This document shows positions 38,511 to 51,477 of a stretch of DNA of 64,000 nucleotides, in pieces (positions within the stretch are counted from its first letter, which is position 1; each line of letters starts with the position of its first letter). The stretch is taken from contig NC_043001.1 of the NCBI RefSeq assembly GCF_006345805.1, positions 76,942,001 to 77,006,000 of the forward strand, read 5' to 3'. Made by a program: the position numbers and the translations under genes. Below the pieces are notes generated by a model. The model saw only the letters and a list, made by a program, of their open reading frames with translations. It did no database searches and had not been told where the DNA came from. The DNA is from Octopus sinensis (lineage: Eukaryota).

Positions 38511-39581
38511 CGAAATTATGCTTGGTATATACCCATACCCAACAATATTTCAGCACTTTATGGTAGTAAGGAGTGGTTCTTTTTGCTAGTTGACAAATCT
38601 GTTTTGTCTTGTTCTCATTATAAGCTTCATAGCAGACTTCTTTGAAGCCTTCCATCAATCCATACATATAGGTAACTGAGAAGCTAGACATTTTCTCTGT
38701 GTGTTTGTGTGTGTGTCTGAGCAGAACTCAACATCTATAACGTCCAATTGCAAAACGAAAGTAAGAATGCATTACAAAAGTACTAGAATTAGAAACTTCT
38801 TCAGTTTAGCAGTCCCAAACTGTAAATGATGGAAGGTACCTCTAATAACTAAAGTGATAACCAAATCCCAATGTAAACACGGAAGGGGAAGACTTGATGA
38901 CTGAAACCTTGATACAGAAGACAACAGACAAGTACAACACTTTGTTGCTGACTGAACATGCATTTACAATGAGGAGTCACCACAGTAAAGAAAATGAAGA
39001 AATGAGACAGAAAAACATTTGTTGACGAGACAACTAACTTAAGAAGACTTCCACTACAAAATACATTCACTACAGAAACTTCATTAATAGCAAACTACAA
39101 ATTAAAAAGTAAAAACAATACCCATAGAATAATATAAAGAACTGTCCAAATCAACAAAGGAGTCTCTAAATGGTTGCCTGACCTACTTGATATATCAGCC
39201 AAATCACCTTTTATTACCATATTTCCATCAAAATACACTGCCTTTGTTGCAGTTAATTTTTAAAAAAAACGAAGGATTTAGTAAAACACTTTGTCGTTAT
39301 TGAGCTGGTGCTTGGAACATAAAGTAACATAAAATTTTGATGGAATGGTTTAATTTAAATCTCTTCAACTGTTTGGGTACGCTGCCTTCGTTTCAATTAT
39401 TTTTGAAAATACTGGAGAGTTTAGTAAAATAGCTTTGCTTGTTACTAAGCCGATGTTTGAAACATATATTAACGAAATATTTTGAAGGAAGATTTTAATT
39501 CAAATCACTTCAAAACAGGAAGTTTTATATCACCGAATTGAAGGCAGTCTCAGACAGGTTGATACCAAAAGTGCTTTACCA

Positions 39582-39985
39582 TTACTCTTTTACTTGTTTC
39601 AGTCATTTGACTGCGGCCATGCTGGAGCACCACCTTCTAGTCGAGCAAATCGACCCCAGGACTTATTCTTTGGAAGCCTAGTACTTATTCTATCGGTCTC
39701 TTTTGCCAAACTGCTAAGTTACGGGGATGTAAACACACCAGTATCGGTTGTCAAGGGACAAACACAGACACACAATCACACACACACACATGCACATATA
39801 TATATATATATATATACATATAAACAACGGGCTTCTTTCAGTTTCCGTCTACCAAATCCACTCACAAGGCTTTGGTTGGCCCAAGGCTAGAGTTGAAGAC
39901 ACTTGTCCAAGGTGCCACGCAGTAGGACTGAACCTGGAACTAAGTGGTTTGTAAGCAAGCTACTTACCACACAGTACTCCTGCAC
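39582..39985 (-). mobile_element. Composite tRNA-derived SINE
   Basis: Homologous to 19172-19580. Confidence 0.9.
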
Positions 39986-40444
39986 CATTGTGAGGAAAAA
40001 AAATTACATGAAGGCTAGTAATAACTGAGTACTTGATCTGTTCACTGTCCCAGAACCATGATGTTACCATTATCTTACAGGCCATTCTAATACATCCTGC
40101 CAATTTCAGATCATGATAATTCATTTATATAAGCCATCACAATACATTCTGTATCTACTACATTGACATCACCCACAAAAATTTATCTGGTTTCATTAAC
40201 TATGTTTCAATTAACCTAATGAGCATGTATATATCGGCATGATGTTGCGCCTATGTTTTATATCATTGCATGATGTGTTCTGAGATATTTGGGTGTGTCT
40301 TTTGAGTGTGGGATTTACTGTCTCCCTCTTGGTTAGCTTTTCTTTGGCATGATGACTCTGTGAATTTTTGATATGTATTATACACAGGTACACACACTCA
40401 CAAACACCTTATACATCTATCTATCTATCTATCTAATCTATCTA

Positions 40445-40505
<61 letters not shown>

Positions 40506-40526
40506 ACATATATATATATATACACA

Positions 40527-40564
<38 letters not shown>

Positions 40565-40851
40565 AATTTTTAATTTTTCAAATGCATTTTTGATACACAT
40601 TTCGAGTGGTTACATAGAGAATTGGTAACGTAAATACTACCCTCTTCAGTCAATTACAAAAAAATTACTTATATGTGCACACATATATAATGCATTGATT
40701 GCTAATATATTCATATATTATTAATAACAAACTAGCCTGTTCCTATATGAATAATACATTTATAACACAATATGGAAATAGGAATGGGATGTTATTTTGA
40801 CTGAATGCATAAATAAATAAATAAACACACACACACACACATACATACATC

Positions 40852-42299
40852 TACAAGGCAGCTTGAAAGTAGGTTGACATTTACCATTTATTCCAGCATA
40901 AAAGACATTGCTAGTTTCATAAGTGTTCAAAGTATCCGCCTTCAACATTAAAACATTCTTGGGGTCTGGTGGCCACACTGCAACACACAATGCATAGGTC
41001 AAAGCTGGTAGTGATTTCTTGATAGGTCTCTGTAATGAACTCATCTAATTAAGGCAGAATACATGGTTTTCTTTGGAATACTTTCTCTTTCACGGCATCC
41101 CAGATAAAGAAATCAATGTACCTAAGGTTTCAGGAATGAGGAGACCAATTGGCACTACCACATCGCCCAGTCCACATCCCTGGGAATGTTATGTCCAGAA
41201 AATTTTACACATGAATTGCATAATGAGGTGATGTTCCATCCTATTGGAATAACACCTCACCAAATTTGGACATCACCTGCATTTCAGGCACCGTTTCCCT
41301 GCACAGCATGTCAAGGTAGGTGTCACCATTAACTGGGTTCTCAAGAAAGAAAGGCCCATGGACTCCTGTGCATGACAGACCCTCCTACACAGTGACACCT
41401 AGCAGGTTCATCTCAGCTGCTATCGTCAGGTGGTGGTGTTTTCGTTATACCAGTAAATGCAGTTATAGATGTTGACATGACTTGACACTTCAAAACTGGT
41501 TTCATCCAACCAAATCGTGGCGAGGAATTGTGGGTTTTCACAAACATATTTAGCATAATTCCTGTGAATCTCATACAATGATCTGGGCAATTGTAAATTA
41601 GGTGTTACAGGAATTTGGGGTCAGTATGGTTTCAAGTTAATTTTTTCATAAGATGACCCACAGATTTTCATGAGATGCCCAACTCAGCCAATACTCATCT
41701 GGTTGACATCGTAGTTTTATTCACAAACATCAATGCTACCTGAATTCCTTTTTCTCAGTGGTAACAGTTCTTGGATGTCTAGATTTCGAGGCATTCTTCA
41801 CTGGACATATCTCCTCAAATTTGTCTCTTGTAAATTGATCGAAGTGACAGTGGGTCACTGTGGAAGGTTTCTGTTCACTTTTGGCACACCATTTCTGCAT
41901 TTCAAAATTCTCAGTAATTCCTTAGGATCCTCTTTCTCTTATTATCTGTCAAGTTGCCTACCATTACATCAGACAACTCTGAAAGATAAAAAAAATAAAA
42001 CTGTCAACCTACTTTATTTACATTATTTACATTCGACAGATATTTGTCCTCATCTTGTTTGTTGTTAACACAACGTCTTGGCTGATATACCTTCAGGTGT
42101 CTTGAGGAATTTTCAAATCTGGGTTCTCATTTCGAAATTTCCCCAAGACACCTGAAGAAGGCTGGCAGGTATATCAGCCAAAACGTTGTGTTAACAACAA
42201 ACAAGATGAGGACTAATATCCGTCAAATGTAAATCATGTACATAATTCCTCATCTCTTAAATATAGAACTGTGTCAACCTACTTTTGCACCATCTTGTG
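40852..42299 (-). mobile_element. Tc1/mariner-superfamily transposon relic (transposase pseudogene)
   Basis: Ends TACAAGGCAGCTTGAAAGTAGGTTGACA and TGTCAACCTACTTTTGCACCATCTTG. Remnants GPFFLENPVNGDTYLDML, FQ*DGTSPH, FPGMWTGR, DFFIWDAVKEKV and GGYFEHL*. Subfamily uncertain. Confidence 0.85.
42016..42271. mobile_element. Head-to-head Penelope-like terminus with minimal hammerhead relics, inserted in a transposon TIR
   Basis: Inverted arms ~42025-42112 and 42135-42234. Right arm: GACAC-CTGAAGA-A-GGCTG..CAGCC-AAAA-C-GTT-GTGTT (42147-42192). 14-bp direct repeat TGTCAACCTACTTT at 42002-42015 and 42272-42285. Confidence 0.8.
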
Positions 42300-43244
42300 T
42301 TGTGTGAGTGTGTGTATGTATTTATATGGTAGAAAAAGAACTCAATACATAAAATAGAGTGCTGTTATTTTGTTATAACTGTAATGTCAAATCAATGAAT
42401 CAAAAAATGAGAGCTTTATGATGAATTAAAATTGCATACTGCTCACATATATAGCAAAAAATTCATTTATTCCAGAAGTATGTGTGTGTGTGCACCATGC
42501 ACACAGGTTTCTTAAGGATATATTTTATGTTGTTTTTCCTTTACAGAATTCAAGTTAGTCACTAACAAAGTGGCAATGCTCTTTTGTATAAATCAAGACA
42601 GCTCTTGGTGGTTTGTGTTTATCTGAACTGGTTAATGTATGTTTATATGTGTGTTTTATGTGTCTGTTTGTGCATGTTGTGATAGAACACACGTGTGTAT
42701 GTCTCATTATTGTTTATTTGTATGCACATATATATTCTGTGTGTGTGTTTGTGTGTTCACCCATGAACCTGAAATGTTTAACAGATTTTTACAGTTCCCA
42801 TGATGAATTGTATCTGAAGAATGTAAGCCAGTCTGTTCTGTTCTCTTTTGGAGAATCCAAGTCATACTTGGTTTCTAAGCAGTTGTTATGTTGCCCAATG
42901 CACCTCTGAGAATAAGAACGAATGAACATCTATAGCTTGGATATAAGAGCTGCTATAAGTTTCTCATCAATTCTCAGTGAATATTGTTTCCCCCAACTTT
43001 TGAGGAGACAGTTACATGTATGGGGAAGCTGATCCTTACAATGGTACATGACTTTTGCTGCCTATCCTATACAACCATATCTGACTTGTGCTTACACTGG
43101 GTTGCTGTTTTTATAGGAATACTCCACCGGTATTCCTTGTTTTTAAAAGTGTGAATGAAGACAGCTGCGTAAAAAAGTGCTGATATCTAATTGTTGGGGA
43201 TGGGGAACCTGTGGAAGGATTAGACCCAGGGAGATGTGGGACGA

Positions 43245-43580
43245 GGTGGTGTGATATGATCTTTAGATGTGGAGCCTCATGGAGGCAATGACAAGTGACC
43301 ATGACTTCTGGTGAGTTACTGTGTCTGAGAAGACCTGTCTAGCTAAGTGAATTGTAGTCATTGCTAGTGCTGGTGACGCATACAAGGCACCTGTGCCAAT
43401 GATGCATAAAAGACACCCAGTACGCTCTGTAAAGTAGTTGGCGTTAGGAAAGGCATTCAGCCATAGAATCCATGCTCAAACAGACAGCTGGAGTCTAGTG
43501 CAGCTCTCCAGCTTACCAGTCTCTGTCAGACTGTCTAAACCATGCCTAGTATGGGTAACCGAAGCTAAATGGTGATGATG
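43245..43580 (+). mobile_element. RTE 3' end / 3'UTR fragment
   Basis: Reverse-complement homolog of the ~30770-31450 region. Confidence 0.65.
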
Positions 43581-43619
43581 ATAGATACTTTCTTGTTCTG
43601 GTGTGTCTTTGGCTTATCA

Positions 43620-43990
43620 GTCAGGACTATTCTTCCAGCATATAGCATTGTAGTCCATCTTAACAATGATCTCATGTCTCATGAGAAGATAGCATCTTGC
43701 AGACATTTTTGAACAGCTACTGATTGATATGAGTGGTATTTTCCACTTTGGTATGGCACAATTGCTACTTTCTGTTATAACTTGGACATCTAGAGACATC
43801 CATATCTCTTTTTTGATCAGATATTCAGTAGCTATTTCCTGTTCTTAGATAACAAAAGTGTAGCCTTCTATGTATGTTACATATTTATCACTGATCCAGG
43901 AGTGGTTGCTATTCCTGTGTCAATGTTGTTGATATTCTCAGGCTTATGTGATATGTACCCACCATGCATATGATGAGTACTTCTCTTTCA
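43620..43990 (-). mobile_element. R4/Dong-like (RLE) retrotransposon fragment
   Basis: HGGY, SWI...IEG...EQEIATEYLIKK and ISSCSKMSARCYLLMRH motifs of the zinc-knuckle region, with frameshifts. Confidence 0.6.
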
Positions 43991-44217
43991 AGTCTCTCTG
44001 TATACAGGTCAGTTTAACCACTTTTAATTCATATAGAGGAGAGATTCTCAACCATTTTTTTAACTATGGACCCCTTTGATTCCTATTTCATTCTCCAAAG
44101 ACCCATAGCCATTCAATGAATACATGAAAAAAAAAAACTTACTGTATTTTTATAGTTAAATATTATTAGGAATTGTATTAAAAAAATTTCAAATATTTTG
44201 TACATTCTCGAATTTAT

Positions 44218-44636
44218 TACTCTTTACTCGTTTCCGTCATTTGACTGTGGCCATGCTGGAGCACTGCTTTTAGTCGAGCAAATCAACCCCAGGACTTATT
44301 CTTTGTAAGCCTAGTACTTATTCTATCAGTTTCTTTTGCCGAACCTCTAAGTTATGGGGGACGTAAACACACCAGCATCGGTTGTCAAGCGATGTTGGGG
44401 GGACAAACACAGACACACAAATATATACATACATGTACATATATATATATATATATACACACATACATATATATACGATGGGCTTCTTTCAGTTTCCATC
44501 TACCAAATCCACTCACAAGGCTTTGGTCTGTCTGAGGCTATAGTAGAAGATACTTGCCCAAGGTGCCATGCAGTGGGACTGAACCCAGAACCATGTTGTT
44601 CATAAGCAAGCTACTTACCACACAGCCACTCCTAAG
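44218..44636 (-). mobile_element. Composite tRNA-derived SINE
   Basis: Homologous to 19172-19580. Confidence 0.9.
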
Positions 44637-44794
44637 CCTTTATTTTTTTTTTTTTTTTTTTTGCATTACTAAAGCTTATAGCTTACAAATACCAATGCTT
44701 TTCTAATGAATGCCTTCAGCTCATTAGTAGATTATTTCAAATTTCATTATCTTCCAAAATCTAGAAAGGTATATTTCAATGATGTGGGGTGTGA

Positions 44795-45003
44795 TTCACC
44801 CTTTAGCATTTAAACTGGTTCAAATAGTCTACCTGTTTTATGTTCAAACCAACCAGATCTGGTTTCCCACAGCTATATATCATTCTAAAAATAACAATCA
44901 CCTCATCAAAATCTTGAAGCAACCACATAATGCATTATCAGCTTAAAATAATGTGAAAGAATAAGTATTACATCTGACAGTAATTTGAATGCTAAAGGGT
45001 TAA
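44795..45003 (+). mobile_element. TTAA-ended MITE family 1
   Basis: CCCTTTAGCATT ... AATGCTAAAGGGTTAA. Confidence 0.75.
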
Positions 45004-45071
45004 ACTATGGTTATTTATAATTGTCTGTTTAGAATAAAAGTCTAAATTTTGCATATAGTTCATAATTTAAT

Positions 45072-45192
45072 TACACTCTACAGCTGTTTCATTAGCAATA
45101 AATATTAATTCTATAATTATGAAATTAAGATACAAAACTAATTTAAATTAAATTAATTTAAAGCATAGTTTATTCCATATCATCAGGAATAT
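45072..45192 (-). ncRNA. Type I hammerhead-like motif with a long AT-rich stem II
   Basis: On the - strand: ATTC-CTGATGA (45186-45180) ... GAAA (45090-45087)-C-AGCT-GTA-GAGT. Stem I has wobble pairs; the base of stem II is poorly paired. Confidence 0.55.
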
Positions 45193-46364
45193 TATATAAT
45201 GTATATTAAATAATTAATATTGATTAATTAGCTGTGTTTGGTTTGGTTATTGATTTCAAAATTTGACTCAGTATGGCTATAGGCACAGACATAGCTGTTT
45301 GGTAAGAAGTTTGCTTCACAACCACATACTTCTGGGTTAAGTCCCACTGCACGGCACCTTGGGCAAGTGTCTTCTGCAATAGCCCCAGACTGACCAAAGT
45401 ATTGTGAATGAATTTGGTAAATGGAAACAACTAAAAGAAGCCTGACGTTTATTTATGAATATATATATTTATGTATGTGTTACTGTCTCCTTGTCTTAAA
45501 ATCATGTGATAGTTGTAAAATGGTTGTCACCATCATGCAAGAGGTGTCCTTCATTTTCAGTATTCTGTGAGAATATGTCTGGTCATGGGGAAATATTACC
45601 TTGCTTGGAAACAGGTAAGGATTGGGGACAGGAAGGGCATCCACCTGTAGAAAATCTGCCTCAACAAATTTCATCTGACCCATGCCAGCATGGAAAAACG
45701 AACTTTAAAATGAGATGATGATGATAGTAGTGATGAATATTTATTCCTTTGCAAACATGGTACAGCCTCCACAAAAAATACATATTGCTTACAGTAGACC
45801 CAAAAGTAGTGCTATCCCCAGAAAAGTGCCACTCAGGATGGATCACACCCTCTGGCTACGCTAATGGTTGGGATGGCCTATCTTGCTGGAATAAAACGCC
45901 GCTTCAAACTTCTCTTGAATGCTTAGCTTGACAGATTGGTGTAGCAAGTTCAAGTAAATGGGACCAGTCACAATATTATATATATATATATATATAAAAA
46001 TAAAGGGCCACTTAACCCTTTTGATACCAACCTGCCTAAAACTGCCCTTGGTTTTATGATACAAACTTACTGTTTAAAAATATATCTAAGTTAAAATCTT
46101 CTATCAAAATTTCATGTTAATTTATGTTAATTAGCTGCTAAATTGTGACAAAATTATTTTATTGAATTTTTTGTTATTTTCAACATTAATTGAAGCAAAG
46201 ACATCATGTTTCAGCAGAAATATAAGAGGAACACCACCTTTAGTCGAGCAAATTGACCCCAGGACTTATTCTTTGGAAGCCTAGTACTTATTCTATTGGT
46301 CTCTTTTGCCGAACCGCTAAGTTACAGGGACGTAAACACACCAGCATCAGTTGTCCAAGAACTG

Positions 46365-46835
46365 CATTTTGATTCGTTCTCTGATTTGAATTCTGCCCTT
46401 GTGTGATGTTTTTTTAAGATTGTTTGGTTGGTGTCAGCTATTTCATCAAGTGTATTTTTTTTCAATCAGAGTTTTCATTTTGGAGCTTTGTAGGAGTGTT
46501 AGCTAAGTTCGATTTTATGCCATGAAAGATGTTGGTTATTCCAGGACTGTGTGTGTTAATGAACGGAATCATGTTTTCATTAACTTTTTCCTTAGGTGTC
46601 CATAGTTGGGTGATGTTCAGTTTTATTGCCTTTTTAATTCCCTCATTAATAAATAATCCTAAGGGGTATTTCTGCATAGTGAGGAAGCCTTTGAGTTCAT
46701 TTAGTCAGATTTCACGTATTTTGGGGTCAGTCGCTATAGCACAGATGTGTCTTGCCATGCTGTATGGGATGTTCCTTTTGATGTGTGATGGATGGCAAGA
46801 GTAGAAATTTAGATATTGGTGTGTGTCAGTTTTTT
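46365..46835 (-). mobile_element. Penelope-like element ORF remnant (RT thumb and linker)
   Basis: TDTHQYLNFYSCHPSHIKRNIPYSMARHI, LNELKGFLTMQKYP, IPFINTHSP and QPNNLK motifs, with stops. Confidence 0.8.
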
Positions 46836-46879
46836 TGTAAAATATGTATATATATATATATACACACACGCACACATTC

Positions 46880-47135
46880 TTTTATTTATTTATTTGTTTC
46901 AGTCATTTGAATGCAGCCATGTTGACCCCTGCCTTTAGTCAAACAAATCGACACCAGGACTTATTCTTTATAAGCCTAGTACTTATTCTATCAGTCTCTT
47001 TTGCCAAACTCCTAAGTTATGGGGACATTAATACACCAACATCGGTTGTCAATCAATGGTTGGAGGACAAACACAGACATATACATACATATATATATAC
47101 ATATACATATACATACATATATATATATATGTATA

Positions 47136-47201
<66 letters not shown>

Positions 47202-47360
47202 GACGGGCTTCTTTCTGTTTCTATCTACCAAATTCACTCAGAAGGCTTTGGTTGGCCCGAGCTTTAGTAGAAGACAGTTGCCCAAGGTGCCATGCAGTGG
47301 GACTGAACCCGGAACCATGTGGTTGGTAAGGAAGCTACTTACCACACAGCCACTCCTCCA
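46880..47360 (-). mobile_element. Composite tRNA-derived SINE with an expanded (TA)n linker
   Basis: Homologous to 19172-19580. Confidence 0.85.
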
Positions 47361-47844
47361 CCATGTATATATATATATATATTATACAACACACACACAC
47401 ACACACATATATATACATACACAACCATATACTGTTAGACAAGTTTAAAAATACAGAACAAAGATGAATGCATGAAAGTCTAAAAAGATGCACCAAAGAA
47501 AAATAAAAGTTAATTTGCTTTAATTTAGTCTAAATTCAGTAGCAGAACATTTCCTATTGAAAGCCATTGATAAGAAATAACATAAAATAGAGTAAAATTG
47601 ACATAAAATATTTGAAAATATGCAGTAAAGTGCTGTTACTTGTCTTCACAATAACAACAGTGGCTTTTAGAAATGGGGAAAAATTAAAAAAATGAAAAAA
47701 ATTTTAATTAGATAAATAACTATTATGCATATAACTTTGTGTGTGTATTAAATCCAAGACTGGAATTTCTGGTATTAGTATTAATTCTGTAGTTATAATT
47801 GTTTTATTATTTTGGAAATCCATTTTATGAATTCATATGGCTTT

Positions 47845-47941
47845 TTTATTATTATTATTATTATTATTATATTTTTTCTTCTTCTTCTTCTCTTCTTCTT
47901 CTTCTTCTTCTTCTTCTTCTTCTTCTTCTTCTTCTTCTTCT

Positions 47942-47972
<31 letters not shown>

Positions 47973-48073
47973 TCTTTTCTTCTTCTCTCTTCTCTTCTTC
48001 TTCTTCTTCTTCTTCGTCTCTTCTTCTTCTTCTTCTTCTCTTCTTATTCTTCTATTCTTATTATTATTATTAT
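47845..48073. repeat. (ATT)n-(CTT)n-(ATT)n compound microsatellite
   Basis: About 180 bp of nearly pure pyrimidine TTC repeats. Confidence 0.95.
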
Positions 48074-48290
48074 TAAGGTGGAAAATTGCCAGGTTTGTTA
48101 GCACACTGGGTAAAATGCTTAGTGGCATTTTGTCCATCCTTGTGTTCTGAGTTCAAATTCCACCAGTGTTGACTATGCCTTTCATCCTTTAGGGGTTGAT
48201 GAAAGAAGTACTAGTTGAGGACTGGGGTTGATGTAATTGACTTGCCCACTTCCCTCAAATTGCTGGCCTTGCACCAAAATTATTATTATT
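48074..48290 (+). mobile_element. tRNA-headed SINE (5058 family)
   Basis: B-box GAGTTCAAATTCC and the GACTATGCCTTTCATCC core; ends in (ATT)n. Confidence 0.8.
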
Positions 48291-48291
48291 A

Positions 48292-48341
<50 letters not shown>

Positions 48342-48424
48342 CACTCTCACACGCATACAGACACATTTTTTAAAGTACTATTTATATTTCCACCATAATA
48401 TATTAAAGACACTACTGCATTTGA

Positions 48425-48750
48425 TGAAAGCGTGTGGCTTAGTGGTTAGAGCATCAAGCTCATAATCATGAAGTAGCAAGTTCAATTCCTGGACTGGGCT
48501 GTATGTTGTGTTCTTGAGCAAGATACTTTATTTCCAGTTCACTCAGCTGTAGAAATGTGTTGCAATGTCACTGGTTCCAAGCAATATTGGTGTTTGTCTT
48601 TTCCTTGGATAAAAATTAGTGGCGTGGAGAGGGGAGACTGGTATGCATGGGTGACTGCTGGTCTTCCATAAAACAACCTTGACCAGACTTGTGCCTTGGA
48701 GGGGAACTAACTAGGTGCAATCCCATGGTCATTCATGACTGAGGGGGCAC
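48425..48750 (+). mobile_element. tRNA-derived SINE (2405 family)
   Basis: Homologous to 2405-2735 along its length. Confidence 0.8.
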
Positions 48751-49819
48751 TGCTTTGCTTTACTTGTCCTGTCATACTGACAACTAGCACATTCTCCCAA
48801 GCTACCCAACACTTCCTCTTACTGCACCCACCCAATGTTCCTCCTACTCCTCTCCCCAGTGCCTCCATACCTGGAATGTTTCCATTGCATTTCCACTTTG
48901 CTCTTCCCCTTTCCCCTTCCTCTAAGCCACACTCCAGTATCTCTCGCTGCTTCACCCAATGCACCCTCCCTCTCTATTCTCTCCCCACAGCTCCTACATT
49001 TCTTCAACACCCTTCTCTCTTGACTTACCCTCAAAAACCTTACACCTCTCTTTTCTTTCAATTCTCTTAGAACTCCTCTTCACCCTAGTAGTCACAAAGT
49101 TTAGTGAAAATTTTGAAATTTAGTGTATTTATGTAATTTTTCCACACTGAATCTCAGGAGATAATTCACTTTTTCCTGAAAAATTTATCGCTAAAAAGTT
49201 ACAGAGGTTTAAATCTGATAATTTTTACACAGTCAGAAAACAGGATTTGGAAGCTGTTGTTTTGTGCATGACTTCATGTGTTGTCGACTGTAAGCAAATG
49301 AAATACTAGTGGAATTTTGTTTCATAACTAACCCTTCATAACTTCATAACTTCTTTTTTATTTTTTGAAATTTTGAGAAAATTTTTGCAAATTTGTATTC
49401 TACACATGGGAATTCATACAATTATGCAAAAACCACCCCGCAAAAAATTTGAGTTGTGATTTAAGGCCTATTTAGCTATTATTTTTAGCACATCTCATGA
49501 CCACCCCATACTGCATGTGTTTTAAGCATTTATTTAAGCAAAAAATGACCATATTGGTAACCAGCTTGTTAACAGCTTGGCTTGTTACTATGGAAATAGG
49601 CTGTGGCTTTTGACTGGTTAAAATTACCCAAAATTTGCAAATTCTAAAAGCTATTAACTCTTTATTTATTGATTTATGATGAAAATGAATTTCATGTCAA
49701 TGATTATCATACTAAACTAGTGTTACGCTGAATATGAAATCAATTGGAACATAAATTCAAAAAATTGGGAAGTGGCAACCAAACAGAAAAGATCCAACTT
49801 AATTATATATTCGTATAAC

Positions 49820-50208
49820 ATTTTACTCTTTTACTTGTTTCATGACTGTGGCCATGCTGGAGCACCACCTTTAGTCGAGCAAATCAACCCTAGGACTTAT
49901 TCTTTGGAAGCCTAGTACTTATTCTATCGGTTTCTTTTGTCGAACCACTAAGTTACGGGGACGTAAACACACCACCATCGGTTGTCAAGCGATGCTAGGG
50001 GTGACAAACACAGATACACAAACATATACACACACATACATATATATGACAGGCTTTTCAGTTTCCGTCTACCAAATCCACTCACAAGGCTTTGGTCGGC
50101 CCAAGGCTATAGTAGGAGACACTTGCCCAAGGTGCCATGCAGTGGGAATGAACCCGGAACCATGTGGTTGGTAAGCAAGCTACTTACCACACAGCCACTC
50201 CTACGCCT
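49820..50208 (-). mobile_element. Composite tRNA-derived SINE
   Basis: Homologous to 19172-19580. Confidence 0.9.
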
Positions 50209-50627
50209 ACAACTTCCACTTTATTATATTTAAAAAGTTTTCTCTTTTTTTTTTTATTGCAAAGTCTTTGATCATGTCTTTGATCTTTGATCACTATGAC
50301 ACCATGAACACTTTGGAATTATATTTTTGATCAGATAAACCATTTCAAATAATATTTTAGCAGGTTTGAAGTGTACAGTATTATATATCCATTATGGCCA
50401 ATCTTCCCAGTTGGTTTTGCGCTAGGGATTCAATGGAGTGTTAGGTAACAGTTCAATTATGTAACCTTGCGCTCATCAGAGGTAGCTATTACGGAATGAA
50501 ATATGGCAACTGTTCTTACTATATCTTCTTTGCTCAAACTGTGCTTTCTATGCATTATGATTGAATCCTCTGTGTGTTAACATGGGCCTCTTAACGACAA
50601 GTTAAGACTTCATATAATCAAGATAAC

Positions 50628-50717
50628 CTTGGCCTGAAGAGTAGCCTGTGGTTTACACCTTGCTTGGATATTTACTACCTCTGAGATCCTGTTCGCTATG
50701 AAATATATGTAGCCTGG
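50628..50717 (+). ncRNA. Type I hammerhead ribozyme motif
   Basis: GGC(50631-33)-CTGAAGA(50634-40)-GTAGC...GCTAT-GAAA(50700-03)-T-ATAT-GTA(50709-11)-GCC. The core is complete, with G-U wobbles at the base of stems II and III. Confidence 0.7.
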
Positions 50718-51028
50718 ACTTGATCTGCTCCATTCCTTAGTTCTTAAAAATATATGTATATATATATGTATGTATGTATGTATAAGATATATGTATATAC
50801 ATGTGGCCACCTCACTAGTACTGGTGGCACAAAAAGAAAAGTTCTTAGTACATACTGCAAAGTGGTTAGCGGTAGGAAGGTCATCCAGCCTGAGAAACCA
50901 TGCCAAATCTGATAAAAGGGCTTGATACAACCTTGTTGCCTACTGGCTCATGTCAAACCATCCAGCATGGGAAATGGATGTTAAATTGTGATGGGATATA
51001 TACATGTGTGTGTCTGTATATGTATGTA

Positions 51029-51060
<32 letters not shown>

Positions 51061-51139
51061 GCACACACACACACATGCACACATATGTATGTATGTATGT
51101 GTGCATGTATGTTTTAAATTGAAAAATTTTTAGTTTAAT

Positions 51140-51435
51140 GAATTTACCCCAATACTTAGTTTTTTTTAAGACTGGTATTTATTCTCACAGGTCTCTTTTG
51201 CTGAGCCTCTGAGTTATAGGGTCGTAACCACACCAACAGCAGTTGTCAAGCAGCGGTGGGTGATAAACACACATAAATGTGCACACACACACACACACAC
51301 AATGGGCTTCTTTCAGTTTCTATCTACCAAATCCCCTCACAAGAATTTGATCTTGCCCAAGGTGTCATGCAATGGGACTGAACCCAGAACCAGGTGGTTG
51401 GGAAGCACAGCTTCGTACCACACAGCCACATCTGT
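51140..51435 (-). mobile_element. Composite SINE, degraded
   Basis: Partial homology to 19172-19580. Confidence 0.65.
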
Positions 51436-51442
51436 ACCCAAT

Positions 51443-51477
<35 letters not shown>

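Noticed and set aside
50361-50444. 84-nt in-frame phase 2-2 cassette exon
   Set aside because: The polypyrimidine tract is weak, such matches are expected by chance in 53 kb, and it overlaps a minus-strand hammerhead relic. RNA-seq could overturn this.
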